A stretch of 64,000 bases of DNA, taken from an uncultured Actinomycetes bacterium. Lineage in GTDB: Bacteria; Actinomycetota; Thermoleophilia; RBG-16-64-13. Position 1 is the stretch's first letter; the number at the start of each line of letters is the position of its first letter. The position numbers and the translations under genes are program-made. Where the stretch lies: NCBI GenBank assembly GCA_963841735.1, contig CAWJDT010000001.1, positions 1,376,001 to 1,440,000 of the forward strand, in the 5' to 3' direction. Below are positions 41,119-52,285 of the stretch, in pieces. Below the pieces are notes generated by a model. The model was not told the origin of the DNA. It saw only the letters and a list, made by a program, of their open reading frames with translations, and made no database searches.

Positions 41119-41437
41119 TTGGGGGCTGCGCGGCAGCGCCCCTAACGTTCAGTGAGTACGGCCTATCCCGATGCGCACTTTCTTCGCGGCGCGTACACCC
41201 GTGCGCGTCTCGCTGCGAAAGCGCACATCGGACTAGGCCGAACCCTCCATGTCGGGGCGCGGCCGCGTGCATGTGTCGCTCAAATACATGTTGACGCTCA
41301 GTGTCACACCATTGGGCCGGCCTTCGCTTCGCTCGGCCTCCTGATCCATGCGCCAAGCCCACTCGGACTCCGCAGTCGGAACGTTGCCGGCGTCCTCGAC
41401 GAGCCGGCGGTGAGTGAGCAAGCTCCCTGGGGGCTGT
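41119..41437. other. Highly structured intergenic element between convergent genes
   Basis: Chain of hairpins including an 82-nt imperfect inverted repeat at 41159-41240. Confidence 0.45.
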
Positions 41438-44400
41438 TCAGGCCTTCTCTATGCGGACCGCGCATACCTTGAATTCGGCTGTCTTGGCCACCGGGTCGGA
41501 CGCGGAGTTGGTGAGTTCGTTCGTTGGCGTCTCCCAGTAGTGGAAGGTCATGAAGAGCATGCCGGGTGGCACTCGTTCCGTGATCTTCGCGCGGGTCACA
41601 AGCGTCCCGCGGCGCGAGCTTATGCGTAGGCTATCTCCGTCCGATAGCCCGATGCCGGCGGCATCCTCTGGGTTGATCTCGGTCTGCTCGTAGGGAGCGA
41701 GAGAGTCCAGGACGAGTGATTGTCTAGTGGAGACGTTGTACTGGTAGAGCATGCGCCCGGTGCTCAGCAGCAGGGGGTACTCAGCGCTGACGAGTTCGGC
41801 GGGCGCCTCATATTCCACTCCCACGAGCCTTCCCCTTCCCCTCGGGAATGTGTCTTCGTGCAGGTAGGGGGTGCCGGGATGGTCGAGGTCGGGGCAGGGC
41901 CATTGCAGCCCGCAGGCATCCACCCTGTCGTACGTCATGCCGGCATAGGTGGGCGTGAGCGTGCGTATCTCCTCAAAGATGTCCGCGGCCGATTCGTACT
42001 GCATCGGGTAGCCCATCCTGCCGGATAGTTCGGCGACGATCTCCCAGTCGGCCCTGGCCTGTCCGGGCGGCTCCACGGCCTTGCGCACCCGCTGCACCCT
42101 GCGCTCGGTGTTGGTGAACGTGCCGTCCTTCTCGGCGTAGCAGGCGGCCGGCAGCACCACGTCGGCGTACGTCGACGTCTCGGTGAGGAAGATGTCCTGC
42201 ACAACCAGGAAATCGAGGGCGGCAAACGCCTTGCGCACGTGATTGGCGTCGGCGTCGGTGAGCACCGGGTCTTCGCCCATGACGTACATGGCCTTGAGCT
42301 CACCGGCCACCATGGCATCGAACATCTCGGGGGTGCGCAGCCCAAGATCGTGACTTAGTTCGGCGTTCCAGGCCTGCTCGAAGACGGCGGCGACCTCGGG
42401 CTTGGTGACCGAGCGGTAGTCGGAGTAGACGTTGGGCAGAGCCCCCATATCGCAGGCGCCCTGGACGTTGTTCTGCCCGCGCAGTGGGTTGACGCCGGCG
42501 TGGGGCACGCCCACGTGTCCGCTGACCATGGCCAGGTTGGCCAGGTTGATGACGTTGGCAGTACCCGTTGTGTGCTCGGTGATGCCCAGGGTGTAGAAGA
42601 TGCCCGCCCGGGGGGTGTGCGCATAGATGTCGGCTGCCGCCCGGATGTCATCTTCGGGCACCCCTGTGATCTCGCTGACCATGTCGGGGGTGTACTTCTT
42701 GACGACCTCCCAAAGGTCGTCGTAGTTCTCGCAGCGCTTGGCTATGAACTCCCAGTCGGCCCAGCGTTCGTTGATGATGATGTTCATCATGCCGTTGATG
42801 AGGGCGGCATCGGTGCCCGGCCTCAGTCGCAGCCAGAGCGTGGCATGATCCACCAACTCGGTATGGCGGGGGTCGGCGACGATGAGGCGCGCGCCCTTGC
42901 GGGTCGCGCGCTTCATCTTGCCGCCGATGATGGGGTGAGCTTCGGTGGTGTTGGACCCTATGACCAGGAGGGTGTCATAGGACTTCCACCTCGCTCAAGG
43001 AGTTGGTCATCGCTGCGCTTCCGAACGATGTGGCCAGACCGGCCACAGTGGGAGCGTGTCAGGTTCGTGCGCAATGGTCGAGGTTGTTGGTGCGCATCAC
43101 CACCCGGACGAACTTCTGCATGAGCCAGTTGTCCTCATTGGTGCAGCGTGCCGAGCTCAAGGCCCCAAAGGCGTCGGGTCCATGTTCGTCCCGGATGGCG
43201 GCCAGCCGCTCGGCCACCAGGCCCAGAGCTTCGTCCCAGGTAGCGGGCTCGAGCACTCCGTCCCTGCGGATGAGCGGAGTGGTGAGCCGGTCGGGACTGT
43301 GGATCATGTCGGTGTGGAAGCGTCCCTTGACGCACAGGGCCGTCGCCGTTGACCGGCGCGTCGGGCGCCGTTGTGACGCCCACCACCCGGCCGTCCTTCA
43401 CGTTCAGATCGAAGTTGCAGCCTGTGCCGCAAAGGGGGCAGGTGGTGCGGACCCGCTTGATGTCCCACTCATGGATGCCTTTGAGCTGCGCGTTGACCAA
43501 GGCCCCGGTGGGGCAGGCGTCCACGCACTGGCCACAGGAGACGCACCCGGACTCTCGGTAGGTGGCGCCCCGTAGGGCGGGATACCCGGCGTCGTCGATC
43601 TGGTAGACGCGGTAGCTCTCCAACTCGTCGCAGACTCGGACGCAGCTGTGACACTGGATGCAGCGCTTGCGGTCGAGCTCCAGTATCGGCGAGCCGTCGA
43701 ACAGTTCGAACTGCCCTCTGTCTCCCTTGAACTCCTTGGTGCCGGCGCCATAGCGGATGGCCAGTCGCTGCAGGTCGCACGCGGAGGCTTCGTGACAGGT
43801 GCACTGCAGGCAGCGGGCCGCCTCTTTACGGGCCGTCGCTTCGTCGAAGCCCAACTCGACCTCGTCGAAACCGCCCCGCTCCGCGACCGGCAGCACCGGC
43901 ATGTGGCTGCGGGCCTCATCGGAGAGTGGCTTTGCCCCTATGTCGAAGAACACCGGCTTGTGCCGCTCCAGGCGGGCGCCGGGCGCGGCACAGGCCGCTT
44001 CCGGGCTCTCTCCCGAGATATACGCGTCGATGGCTACGGCTGCTCTGCGTCCGGCGGCGATGGCTTCGACCACTGTGGCCGGGCCGGTCTCGCAGTCTCC
44101 TCCGGCGAAGACGCCCGGGCGGCTGGTCAGCAGAGTCAGCTTGTCGGCGGCGATGGTGCCCCGCGCGGTGAGGTCGCAGACTTCGGCGACGTCGGCCCCT
44201 TCGACCTCCTGTCCCAGGGCGAGTATCACTGAGTCGGCCGGCAGGGTGAATTCCGAGCCGGGGATCGGGTGGGGCCTGCGGCGACCGCTCTCGTCGGGTT
44301 CGCCGAGGGCCATCCTCTGGCAAACGAGGCCGGTGAGAAGCCCGTTCTCACGGACGATGGACACGGGAGAGGTGAGGAGCACGAGGCGGGCGCCTTCTTC

Positions 44401-45554
44401 CACGGCTTCGTGCACCTCGTCGGCCGTGGCCGGCATCTCCTCCCGGGTGCGCCGGTAGGCGATGGTCACCTCGGCCGCGCCCAGGCGGAGGGCCGACCGG
44501 GCTGCATCGACGGCCGTGAAGCCACCGCCGAGCACCAGGGTCCTGCCCAGCGGCCTCGACCAAGAACCGGCATTGCTGTCTCGCAGAAAGTCCACGGCCG
44601 AGTAGGCCCCTTCTCCTTCGTCCGCCCCGGGAATGCCCGGCGGTGGAGCCGCACTGTGCGCCGATGGCGAGGAAGGTGGCGGTGAAGCCCGCAGCTTCGA
44701 GGTCCTCGAAGGTGAAGTCTTCGCCTAGGCGTTTGTCCAACTTCAGTTCCACCCCGAGGGCAAGGATGTCGGCCACATCTTCGGCGATAGCCTCGCGGGG
44801 AAGCCGGTAGGGAGGGATGCCGTTCAGCACCATGCCCCCCGGCAGCGAATTGGCTTCAAAGATGGTGACTTGGTGGCCGGCGAGGGCCAAGTAGTAGGCA
44901 GCCGTGAGGCCCGAAGGTCCGCTGCCGACAATGGCGACTCTCTTACCGGTGGAAGGCGCCCGCTCCTCTATCAGACACGCTCCCGCCTTGTCGGCGGCAA
45001 AGCGCTTGAGGTGGCAGATGGCCACGGGTTCTCCGTCGATCTGCGTCCGCCGACAGGCGCGTCTCACAAGGCCGGGGGCAGACCCGCCCAATGATGCGGG
45101 GCAGCGGCAGCCGTTGCCTGATGATCCTCACGGCCTCGGCGTCTTCCCCGCTGGCGATGGCCGCCAGGTAGGCGGGGATGTCGATGCCCGCGGGACACGC
45201 GTAGTGGCAAGGGGGCTCGCAGTAGGCGTTGTGGTCGGAGAGGATCTCGTTGAGACGGGAGCGGCGAGTCTCGGCCACTCGCGGGCTGAGCGTCATGACC
45301 TCCAAGCCGTCGCTCACCGGGGTTTCACAGGCCTGCACAAGTCCTTCTCCGACCACCTCCACCACGCACAGTCTGCAGCGTCCGGCCGGAGTCAGGCGAG
45401 GGTCGTGGCAGAGGGTGGGGATCGAGATGCCGTTCGCCTCCGCGGCCTCGAGTATGGTCATGTGCGAGTCCACCTGCAGGTGACGGCCATCGATGAACAC
45501 AGCCACTTGCCAGGCGTCGTCTCTGATGATCACCGGTCTCGCTCCTTCGCTCAT
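41438..45554 (-). CDS. fdhF: Selenocysteine-containing formate dehydrogenase alpha subunit fused to N-terminal 2Fe-2S and GltD-like FAD/NADPH domains (four apparent frameshifts)
   Basis: CHDPRL...CRLC, PC..ACP..IDIP, GSGPSG, GGG.TA.D, YRRT, two ferredoxin motifs, TTCPLCGTGC, LCVKG, DHCART-TGA-HAPT, NPLRGQNNVQG, TNTERRVQ, EFKVCAV; shifts near 45060, 44638, 43345, 42983. Confidence 0.85.
43029..43061 (-). promoter_or_regulatory. Sec UGA codon and bacterial SECIS element
   Basis: In-frame TGA (43059-43061) at the FDH Mo/W-ligand position; after an 11-nt spacer, hairpin UGUGGCC-GGUCU-GGCCACA resembling the E. coli fdhF SECIS. Confidence 0.85.
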
Positions 45555-45555
45555 G

Positions 45556-46215
45556 CTATCCCCCCTTGTTCTCCAGAGCGCGCTGACAGAATCTCACGCC
45601 CTCCATGGCGTCGTTGGTCCAGTGGTCGGCGCCTACGTACTGGGCCACTTGCTCGTCGATAGTCCCGCCGCCGATGACGAAGAGCGGCATGGAGCTCGAA
45701 CTCGTGCGCGTTCTTGCGGAACAGCGCCACGGTGTCACGCATGGCCGTGAAGGCCAGCGACAGGAGGCCGGATAGGCCCACGATATCCGGACCGAAGTCT
45801 ATGGCCGCCTCCAGGAAGCGGTGAGAGGGCACGTCCACTCCCAGGTCCTCTACCGTGAACCCGAAGGAGCGAAACGCCAGAGCGGCCATGTTCTTGCCTA
45901 TGTCGTGGATGTCCCCGGCCACCGTGCCCAGCAGCACCCGGCCGGAGGCGTTGCCCACCAGTTCGTTCTCCAGTCCCGGGCCGGGCCAGCTCCATCACGC
46001 CGCGAGAGATCTCGCCCGCCATGATCAGGCCGGCCAGATAGATGTCCTGTCGCTCGTAGCGCTCGCCCACGGTGCGCATGCCTGCCTGGACCGCGTGCAC
46101 GATGTCGACCGAGTTCTCCCCGGCCGCGAGGGCCTCCTTCGACCAGGCGTAGCACCCTCTTCTCGTCGAGCGCTGAGACCGCCTCGCTTATGGTCGCCAT
46201 GATCTGTGTGTGCAC
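45556..46215 (-). CDS. Corrinoid (cobalamin-binding) protein (frameshifted)
   Basis: GM..VGERYE..IYLA.LIMAGE cap, GTV.GDIHDIGKN, DLGVDV, GLSGLL, IGGG spread over several frames; GGAGG before GTG 46215. Confidence 0.8.
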
Positions 46216-46231
46216 TGGCTGTTCCTCCCGC

Positions 46232-47105
46232 TCATGCCGGCGGCTCCCCGAGGGATTGGGGGCCGCCCCGATGTTGGTCGTAAGACGGAACTGATCGGCG
46301 CGGCACAGGAACCGGCCCCAGCTGACCGGCCGGCCTTCGAAGTCGTGAAACAGGCTCTCGAGGCAGAAGACGGGCGATCCTTCGTCGGCACTCCAAGAAG
46401 CCTGCCGCTTCACTATCTAGGCTGACCGCCTGTATGGTCAGGCGGCCGCTGAGCATTCCCTCACCCTGGGCTGGAGGAGAACAGGCCCTCGAGCGAATTG
46501 ATCTGAAGCTGTGCTTCCACCAGGGGACGGTGCTCGTCGTACACCACATGCTCCTGTTGGTAGATCAAGGGCACTCCCTTGCGCTTGATGAGGCGGCGCA
46601 TGTATACGATGGGGTCTCCGTCGGCGAGCTGCAGGGTGGCCGCCACGTGCGCGTCGGCCGGGATGATCCTCGCTTCGAGCAGCAGCACGTCCACCGTGGC
46701 GTCGTCCATCCAGAGGTCGGTGATCTCTTGGAGACGGAAGACGGCTTCGGTAATGTCCAGGGGGCGGACGAAGGTGCCCTTGCCCCGGGTGGTGGTGACC
46801 AGGCCCCGGTCCAGCAGGATGGTGACCGCTCTGCGGACCGTCACGGGGCTGACCCCGAACTGAGTGCGCAGTTGCGGTTCGGTGGGGAGCTGGTCGCCGG
46901 CGCGATAGACTCCGGCGGCGATCTGCTCGGCGATGGCGTCGGCGATGAGCAGGTAGGCCGGGTCGCGCAGGGGGTGGGCGGCGCTCCGCGATGTCAGTGC
47001 CCGCCTGGCCGCGGGGTGGAACGCAGACCCGCTCGGCGGGGTTTTGCCGTCGCCGTGGGCCGCGGGCCTGCTTTCCGCAGTTTGTCTTCGCACCTCTTGT
47101 GGCAC
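46232..47105 (-). CDS. GntR/HutC-family regulator with UTRA domain (frameshifted; 3' end uncertain)
   Basis: PAY..IA..I...I..G.Y..GDQLPTE.L...FGVS..TVRRA..L...GL.....GKGTFV; UTRA continues in other frames (GRPVSWG.F..R.D.F). Confidence 0.8.
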
Positions 47106-47138
47106 CTTATCCTCAGAACTCCAGAAGGACTTGCGGAT

Positions 47139-47157
47139 TTAACTATATAACTATAGA
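47139..47157. promoter_or_regulatory. AT-rich candidate GntR operator in the divergent gntR/fhs promoter region
   Basis: TTAACTATATAACTATAGA, a direct repeat of AACTATA and a near match to the HutC-type GT-N-TA-N-AC pattern, in otherwise GC-rich DNA. Confidence 0.35.
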
Positions 47158-47247
47158 ATACCGCCACGGCAGATGGAAGGGCCTGCCGGAAGTTTCTTGT
47201 ACCACCCGCTCTCGAGGGGGCGGACTATCGGAACGGAGCCACGGAGC

Positions 47248-48914
47248 ATGAAGAGCGATATTGAGATCGCGCAGGAAGCCACCCTTATCCCGATAGCCGA
47301 GATAGCTGCGGGTCTGGGGCTCGGGGTCGATGACATCGATTCGTACGGCAAGTACAAAGCCAAGATCCACAGCAGACGTTCTCGAGCGGCTGAGAGATCG
47401 CCCTGACGGCAAGCTGGTCCTTTGCACGGCCATCACTCCCACTCCGGCCGGTGAAGGCAAGACCACCACCAACGTGGGCCTCTCCATGGGCCTCAACAAG
47501 ATCGGCAAGAAGGCCATATGCACGCTGCGCGAGCCTTCACTGGGACCCTGCTTCGGTATCAAGGGCGGAGCTGCCGGCGGCGGATACGCCCAGGTGGTTC
47601 CCATGGAAGACATCAACCTGCATTTCACCGGCGACCTTCATGCCATCAGCACCGCCCACAACCTGTGCGCCGCCGTGCTCGACAACCATCTGTTCCAGGG
47701 CAACGAACTCAACATCAACCCCAACGACATCTCCTGGCCCCGGGTGGTCGACCTCAACGACCGGGCACTTCGCCAGATCACCATCGGCCAAGGCGGAGAG
47801 GGCGTCGAGCGCAAGACTCGCTTCGACATCACCGTGGCCTCCGAAGTCATGGCCATCCTCTGTCTGGCCACCGACATCGAAGACCTCAAGGCCCGGCTCG
47901 ACCGCATCATCGTCGGCTCGACTCTCTGGGGCCGCAAGGTGACCGCGCAAGACATCAAGGTTTCTGGGTCGATGGCGGTGCTCCTCAAAGACGCCTTCAT
48001 GCCCAACTTGGTGCAGACCCTGGAGAATACTCCGGCCATCATCCACGGCGGACCGTTCGCCAATATCGCTCACGGCTGCAACTCGGTGCAGGCCACCCGC
48101 ATGGCTCTCAAGCTGGGCGACTACTGCATCACCGAGGCCGGTTTCGGCGCCGACCTTGGTGCCGAGAAGTTCTTCGACATCAAATGCCGCTACGCCGGTC
48201 TGCAGCCCGATTGCGTGGTCTTGGTGGCGACCATCCGGGCTCTCAAGATGCACGGGGGCAAGGCCCTGGCCGATCTCAAGAACGAGGATCTGAAGGCCCT
48301 CGGCGCCGGTGTCGAGAACTTGGAGAAGCACCTTGAGAACCTGCAGTCGTTCGGACCGCCGGTGATCGTGGCCATCAACCGCTTCCCCGACGACACCGAC
48401 GCCGAGGTGGCGCTGCTCCGCGAGCGCGTCGAGGCCATGAACGCCAAAGTAGTGCTCTCGGACGTGTGGGCGCTTGGCGGCGAAGGCGGTGTCGAACTGG
48501 CCGAAGAAGTGGTGCAGGCCTGCGAGTACGAAGGAGAAGCCGCCGCTCAACTACGTCTACGAGTTGGGCATGACCATACCGCAGAAGATCGAGGCCATCG
48601 CCACCAAGATCTACGGGGCCGACGGCGTGGACTACCACTACGAGGCCACGGCGGCCATCGAGCGCTTCACCCGTCTCGGCTACGCTACTCTGCCTGTCTG
48701 CATGGCCAAGACGCAGGCTTCGCTCTCCGACGACAAGACCAAGATCGGGCGGCCGCGCGACTGGAGACTCACGGTGCGGGAGATCCGACTGTCGGCAGGC
48801 GCTGGGATGGTGGTGCCGGTCTGCGGGACCATCATGACCATGCCGGGGTTGCCCAAGAAGCCGGCGGCGGAGAAGATCGACCTGGTCAACGGCGAGATCG
48901 TCGGGCTGTTCTAG
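47248..48914 (+). CDS. fhs: Formate--tetrahydrofolate ligase (two apparent frameshifts near 47368 and 48530)
   Basis: [83 protein letters not shown]. Confidence 0.95.
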
Positions 48915-48964
48915 CCGGCGGTTCACTCATGCGAGCGGCGTCTTTGAACGACAAGGAGAAGCAC

Positions 48965-49643
48965 GTGACCGAACGAGCATACGTCGACGGGACGATCGGA
49001 GCCTACCTGGACAAGCTGGCCGGCGAGTCGCCGGAACCGGGCGGGGGTAGTGTCGCCGCTCTGGTGGGGGCCCTGGGCGCCGGTCTGGTCACCATGGTGA
49101 CCAGTCTGACACTGGGCAAAGAGAAGTACGCGGCCGTGCAGGACGACATGGCCGACATCCGAGAGCGCGCGGAGAAGCTGCGCGCCCGTCTGCAGGAGCT
49201 GGTGACCCTCGATGCCAGGCGCCTACGCGGAAGTCGCCGCCGCGATGAAGCTGCCCCAGGACGATGAGCCGCAGAAGGCCGAGCGCAGCCACGAAGCTGC
49301 AGGCGGCTTTGAAGGGCGCGGTGGAGGTGCCGCTCGAGATCGCCGAGGCCGCGGCCGAAGTGGCGCGGCTCTCGCTTCCGGCCGCCGAGAAGGGCAACGC
49401 CTACGCGGTCTCCGACGCGGCGGTGGCCGTGGTCTTGGCCGACGCCGCTGCGCAGTCGGCGGCGCTCAACGTGAAGATCAACGTTTCCTGGATCGACGAC
49501 AAGGACTTCACGGCGCGATCGCTGGGCTCGCATCGAGGCGCTGCTCTCCGAGACGGCGCAGCCTGCGCGACATGGTGCTCGCTCTGACGTACAGCAAGAT
49601 ATGGCCGGGCCCCGAGGTCGCAGGCGGTCGCGGGCGACACTGA
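48965..49643 (+). CDS. fchA: Methenyl-THF cyclohydrolase / FTCD C-terminal family (frameshifted)
   Basis: [24 protein letters not shown]...[11 protein letters not shown]. Confidence 0.85.
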
Positions 49644-49657
49644 GTAGGGAGGTATCT

Positions 49658-50628
49658 GTGGCAGCCAAGATCATCGACGGCAAAGCGATAGCCGACGAGT
49701 TGCGGGTCGAACTGGCGCGCGAACTGGAGGAGCTCAAGGCCGCCGGCGCCCAGCCGGGCATCGCTACTCTCATGGTGGGCGAGGACTTCGGGGCGGGCAT
49801 GTACCGGGGCGCGGTGGAGAAGTTCTGCGGCGAGATGGGCCTGGGCTACCGCAGCGAGGTGCTGCCCGCCGACGCCGGCGAGGCCGCCGTCGTGGCGGCC
49901 GTGAAGGCCTCAATGCCGACCCGGCCGTGTCGGGCATCCTGCCTCTGCGGCCCTTTCCGGCCCAGGTCTCCGATTCGGTGGTCATCGGCTCCATCGACCC
50001 GGGCAAGGACGTCGACTGCTTCCATCCCTTCAACATGGGCCGCCTGGCCCTGGGGGAGCCCACCTTCCCGCCGGCGACTCCGGCCGCGTGCATGGAGCTG
50101 TTGGAGCGGTACCTCACCGGCGAAGGCCACGACGTGGCCGATGCCCTTGAAGGGGCCGAGGTGTGCGTGGTCGGTCACTCCAACACGGTGGGCAAGCCGC
50201 TGGCCCTGCTGCTTCTCAACCGCAATGCCACCACTACGGTGAGCCACGTGTTCACCTCCAACCGGGGCAATCTGGCCAAACACACCAAGGGGGCCGACTA
50301 TCTGGTCGTGGCGGCCGGCGTTCCGCAGCTGGTGGGCGCCGACCTGGTCAAAGAAGGCGCCGTCGTGCTGGACGTGGGCATCAACCGCGTGGTGGTGTGC
50401 CCCAAGTGCGGGGCCCTCAACCGAAGCAAGAAGAACCCCTGCAAGGTCTGCGGGGCCGACCTGGCCGAGGCGCAGAACAAGACCGTGGGCGACGTCGACT
50501 TCGAAGGCGTGTCCGCCAAGGCCGCGGCCATCACTCCCGTGCCGGGTGGCGTGGGCGCGGTGACCAACATGATGCTGGCGCGCAACACCCTGCGCGCGGC
50601 CCGCGCGCGACTCGACAAAACAGAGTAG
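49658..50628 (+). CDS. folD: Methylene-THF dehydrogenase with inserted zinc ribbon (frameshift near 49908)
   Basis: IIDGK.IA, KDVD.FHP.N.G.L, PATP, G.S..VGKP, DVGINR, VGDVDF, ITPVPGGVG..T. Confidence 0.9.
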
Positions 50629-50657
50629 CCCTCCCGGGGAAACGGAGGTACGGCAAG

Positions 50658-51336
50658 TTGATCATTTCTCAGAAGAAACCGTTTGAGGAGATCCTCGAGG
50701 ATCTCGAAGGCGACACGAAGGTAGTCATCCTCGGCTGCGGCGAGTGCGCCACGGCGACCCGCGACCGGAGGCGAGCCGGAAGTCGCCGAGATGAAGGCGG
50801 CCCTGGAGGCCGTCGGCAAAGAGGTCGTGTTCACCGAGATCGTTCACACCGGCTGTCACGAGCTCGACGTCAAGCGCATCCTGCGGCAGAACAAGGAAAC
50901 AGTCGGCAAGGCCGACGCCTTCCTGGTCCTGTCCTGCGGGGCGGGCACCCAGGCCTGCCGCGCCGCCACCGACAAGCATGTGGTCCCCGGGTGCGACCCC
51001 TTGTTCCTGGGCAACATCCAGCGCTCCATGGACTTCGTGGAGAAGTGCTCCCATTGCGGCGCCTGCGTCATCGACGACTACGGGGCCATCTGCCCGATCA
51101 CACGCTGCGCCAAGGGCCTCGTGAACGGTCCCTGCGGCGGTACCAGCCACGGCAAGTGCGAGGTCGATCCCGAGATGGACTGCGCCTGGACGCTCATCCA
51201 CGAGCAGCTGAAGAAAGAGGGCCGCGAGGACAAGCGCACCCGCATCCACGAGCCGAAGGACTGGAACGTCATCAAGCGCCCGGGCGTGTTGGCGGAGCGC
51301 GGACCGGACAAGCAGAAGATGGGGAGCGAGAAGTGA
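50658..51336 (+). CDS. metV: Methylene-THF reductase small Fe-S subunit (frameshift near 50758)
   Basis: K.F.EI...GCGECAT...GGE.EV, CGAG.Q, C..CG.C.....ICPITRC.KGL.NGPCGG...GKCEV....CAW. Confidence 0.85.
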
Positions 51337-52239
51337 TGGGCACCTATCGCGACGCCTGTGAAGCCGGCAAGTTCGTCATCTCGGGCGAGATCGGCCCGCC
51401 CAAGGGCACCAATGTCGAGACGATGCTGCACCACATCGACATGCTCAAGGGCATGGTCGACGGCCTCAACGTCACCGACAACCAGAGCGCGGTCATGCGG
51501 CTGGGCTCTCTCGCGGTCTCGGGCGAGATCGTGCGCCGCGGCGGCGACCCTGTGTTCCAGACCACCTGCCGCGACCGCAACCGGCTGGGCCTGCAGTCCG
51601 ACCTGCTGTCGGCGGCATTCCTGGGCATCACCAACGTGCTCTGCCTCACCGGCGACCACCCCATCGTGGGCGACCACAAGCAGGCCAAGGGCGTGTTCGA
51701 CTTCGATTCCGTCCATCTCATCCAGTGCTGCAAGAAGATGAACTCCGGCACCGACTGGGAGGGCAACGAGCTCGACGGAGCCACCGACTTCTTCGTGGGC
51801 GCGGTGGTCACGCCTGAGGCCGATCCGATTGAGCCCCAGATGTACAAGTTCGCGCGCAAGGTGGAGGCCGGTGCCGACTTCTTCCAGACCCAGGCCGTCT
51901 ACGACATGGACCACTTCCAGCACTTCATGGAGCAGGCGCGCGAGATCACCGCGGGCACCAAGGCCAAGATCATGGCCGGGCTCGTGGTGCTCACCGGAGT
52001 GGGCATGGCCAAGTACATGAACCGGGCCGTTCCCGGCATCTTCGTGCCCGACGCCCTGCTCGAGGAGCTGGGCAAGCGTGCCGAAGGAAGAGCAGCAGCA
52101 GAAGGGCATCGAGATCGCCGCGCGCCACATCCGCTTCCTGCGCGACAACAAGATCTGCGACGGGGTGCACGTCATGGCCATCGGCAAAGAGGAGATCGTT
52201 CCCGAGATCCTCGCTCTGGCCGGGGTGAACGGGATATGA
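51336..52239 (+). CDS. metF: Methylene-THF reductase (frameshift near 52075)
   Basis: E.GPPKG, NVTDNQ.A, TCRDRNR.GLQSDL, L.LTGDH, KV.AGA.FFQTQ; alternate frame CDGVHVMA to TGA 52239. Confidence 0.9.
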
Positions 52240-52285
52240 GCGCCTGGATCAGCCAAGTGCCGCGGGCGCCGCGGAGGGCCCACCC

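Noticed and set aside
41138-41340. Integron attC site (CTAAC and CTTCGCTTCGCTC words)
   Set aside because: No matched RYYYAAC/GTTRRRY pair, no cassette array and no integrase
47161-47192. Cobalamin riboswitch B12-box-like words (GCCAC..GGAAG..CCTGCC) upstream of fhs
   Set aside because: The riboswitch core and AGYCAGRAGAC segment are absent and the space is too short; no THF or ZTP riboswitch consensus was seen either
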